Part shown: one piece after another, positions 63,036-64,000 of the stretch | How the letters are laid out: each line of letters begins with the position of its first letter | Numbering within the stretch: position 1 is the stretch's first letter | Source of the DNA: Trueperaceae bacterium | GTDB taxonomy: Bacteria > Deinococcota > Deinococci > Deinococcales > Trueperaceae | Assembly (NCBI GenBank): GCA_965215565.1 | Contig: CBDCDZ010000004.1 | Location: 2,080,001-2,144,000, forward strand | Length of the DNA: 64,000 bases | Direction: 5' to 3' | Notes under the pieces: model-generated | The model's database searches: none | What the model was told of the DNA's origin: nothing | Seen by the model: the letters and a program-made list of their open reading frames with translations, nothing else | Program-made: the position numbers and the translations under genes

Positions 63036-63719
63036 TCACGACATCGGCAGCACGTAGAGCAGCATCAACATAAAATGCGCCGCGCTACCCGCTAACACGA
63101 AGAGGTGCCACAGTTCGTGATAGCCGAACCACTTAGGGTGGAAGTTCGGCTTTTTGAGACCGTAAATGACCGCGCCGACTGAGTAGAGAAGCCCGCCCAG
63201 GACGAGCCAGAATACGCCACCAGCGGGGAGCGATTGGATGATGGGGACGATGGCGATTAGAGCGAGCCAGCCCATTAAGAGGTAGAGCCCGGTGGAGAGC
63301 CAGCGCGGAGCGTCCAGCCACACCAGCTTAAAGACTACGCCCAAGAGCGCAACGCCCCACGCGATGCCGAAGAGCGTCCAGCCTAGCGTCGCGTAGCCCT
63401 CTTGCAAAGTCACTAAAGTAATCGGCGTGTAACTGCCCGCGATAAGCAGGAAAATCGCCGCGTGGTCGAAGAGCTTGAGGTAGCGCCGTCCTTTGGGTCC
63501 AGCGCGTAAGCTATGCAGGAGCGTTGAAGCGGTGTAGAGCAAGATGAGTGTCGCGCCGTAAACCGCGAAGCTCGCGGTGCGCCAGGGCTCGCCCTCGGAC
63601 AAGACGAGCAGCGTGACGAGCCCGATAATGGAGAGCACGATGCCCGCCAAGTGCGTGAGCCCGTTGACGGGCTCGCGGAAGTAGCGTTCTAGCCCTTTGG
63701 GGTGGTCTTCTTTGGTCAT
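63036..63719 (-). CDS. hemolysin III / PAQR (TrhA-like) membrane protein
   Basis: N.LTH, DHAAIFLLIAGSYTP, HELWHLFV. Confidence 0.93.
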   Translation of the reverse strand: MTKEDHPKGLERYFREPVNGLTHLAGIVLSIIGLVTLLVLSEGEPWRTASFAVYGATLILLYTASTLLHSLRAGPKGRRYLKLFDHAAIFLLIAGSYTPITLVTLQEGYATLGWTLFGIAWGVALLGVVFKLVWLDAPRWLSTGLYLLMGWLALIAIVPIIQSLPAGGVFWLVLGGLLYSVGAVIYGLKKPNFHPKWFGYHELWHLFVLAGSAAHFMLMLLYVLPMS

Positions 63720-64000
63720 GGTTAAGTTTAGCAGGGGAATGTGAAAAATAACGTGCGGAGTGAGGGGAGGCTCGAGTGAAATAGAGGTCGTGAAAATATA
63801 GCTTGTGAGTGCGGAGCTATTTAGAGAAAGTGGTTACTTCAAAATCAGTTTTCCTGAAGTTCTAGTTCATTCTCAGGGAAATCAGCACTATCTAGGCGTT
63901 GCGCTTTCAATGAGTCCGCTCTCGGAAAAGAAAGTTTACTAAGCTCGATAAAGGCACTCAACCTCTCAATTGCCTCTTGAGTAATTTCGCCTTTAAGCTG

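Overview
A Deinococcota chromosome segment, most like Truepera. This assignment rests on ribosomal protein sequences, a CTG-started rpsL, many leaderless genes and over-represented CTCGAG. Bases 1-16.1 kb hold the minus-strand str/S10/spc ribosomal superoperon (rpsL-rpsG-fusA-tuf-rpsJ...rplO-secY-adk). Bases 16.3-20.1 kb are a small decaying island: an IS4-family element splits a hypothetical gene and an IS5-family element sits in a frameshifted PIN toxin. The rest is housekeeping and stress genes (ldh, tsaC/Sua5, purEK, WYL regulator with DinB, recQ, M50 proteases, subtilisin, dtd, udg, hrcA, moaDE, lepB, htrA, two CDF transporters, tag, panE). It also contains an Rnl1-type RNA ligase inactivated by a clean IS1 insertion at its catalytic motif. 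The least explained signals are non-coding: (i) eight copies of a ~110-bp MITE-like repeat with a covarying internal stem, several carrying nested micro-insertions, two flanking a GNAT gene and one abutting an speE remnant; (ii) a covarying two-hairpin repeat inside the spc operon; (iii) a ~300-nt hairpin-rich intergenic region at 47.2-47.5 kb that looks like an unannotated structured RNA. I found no CRISPR array, rRNA or tRNA. All calls are by eye; no searches were run.
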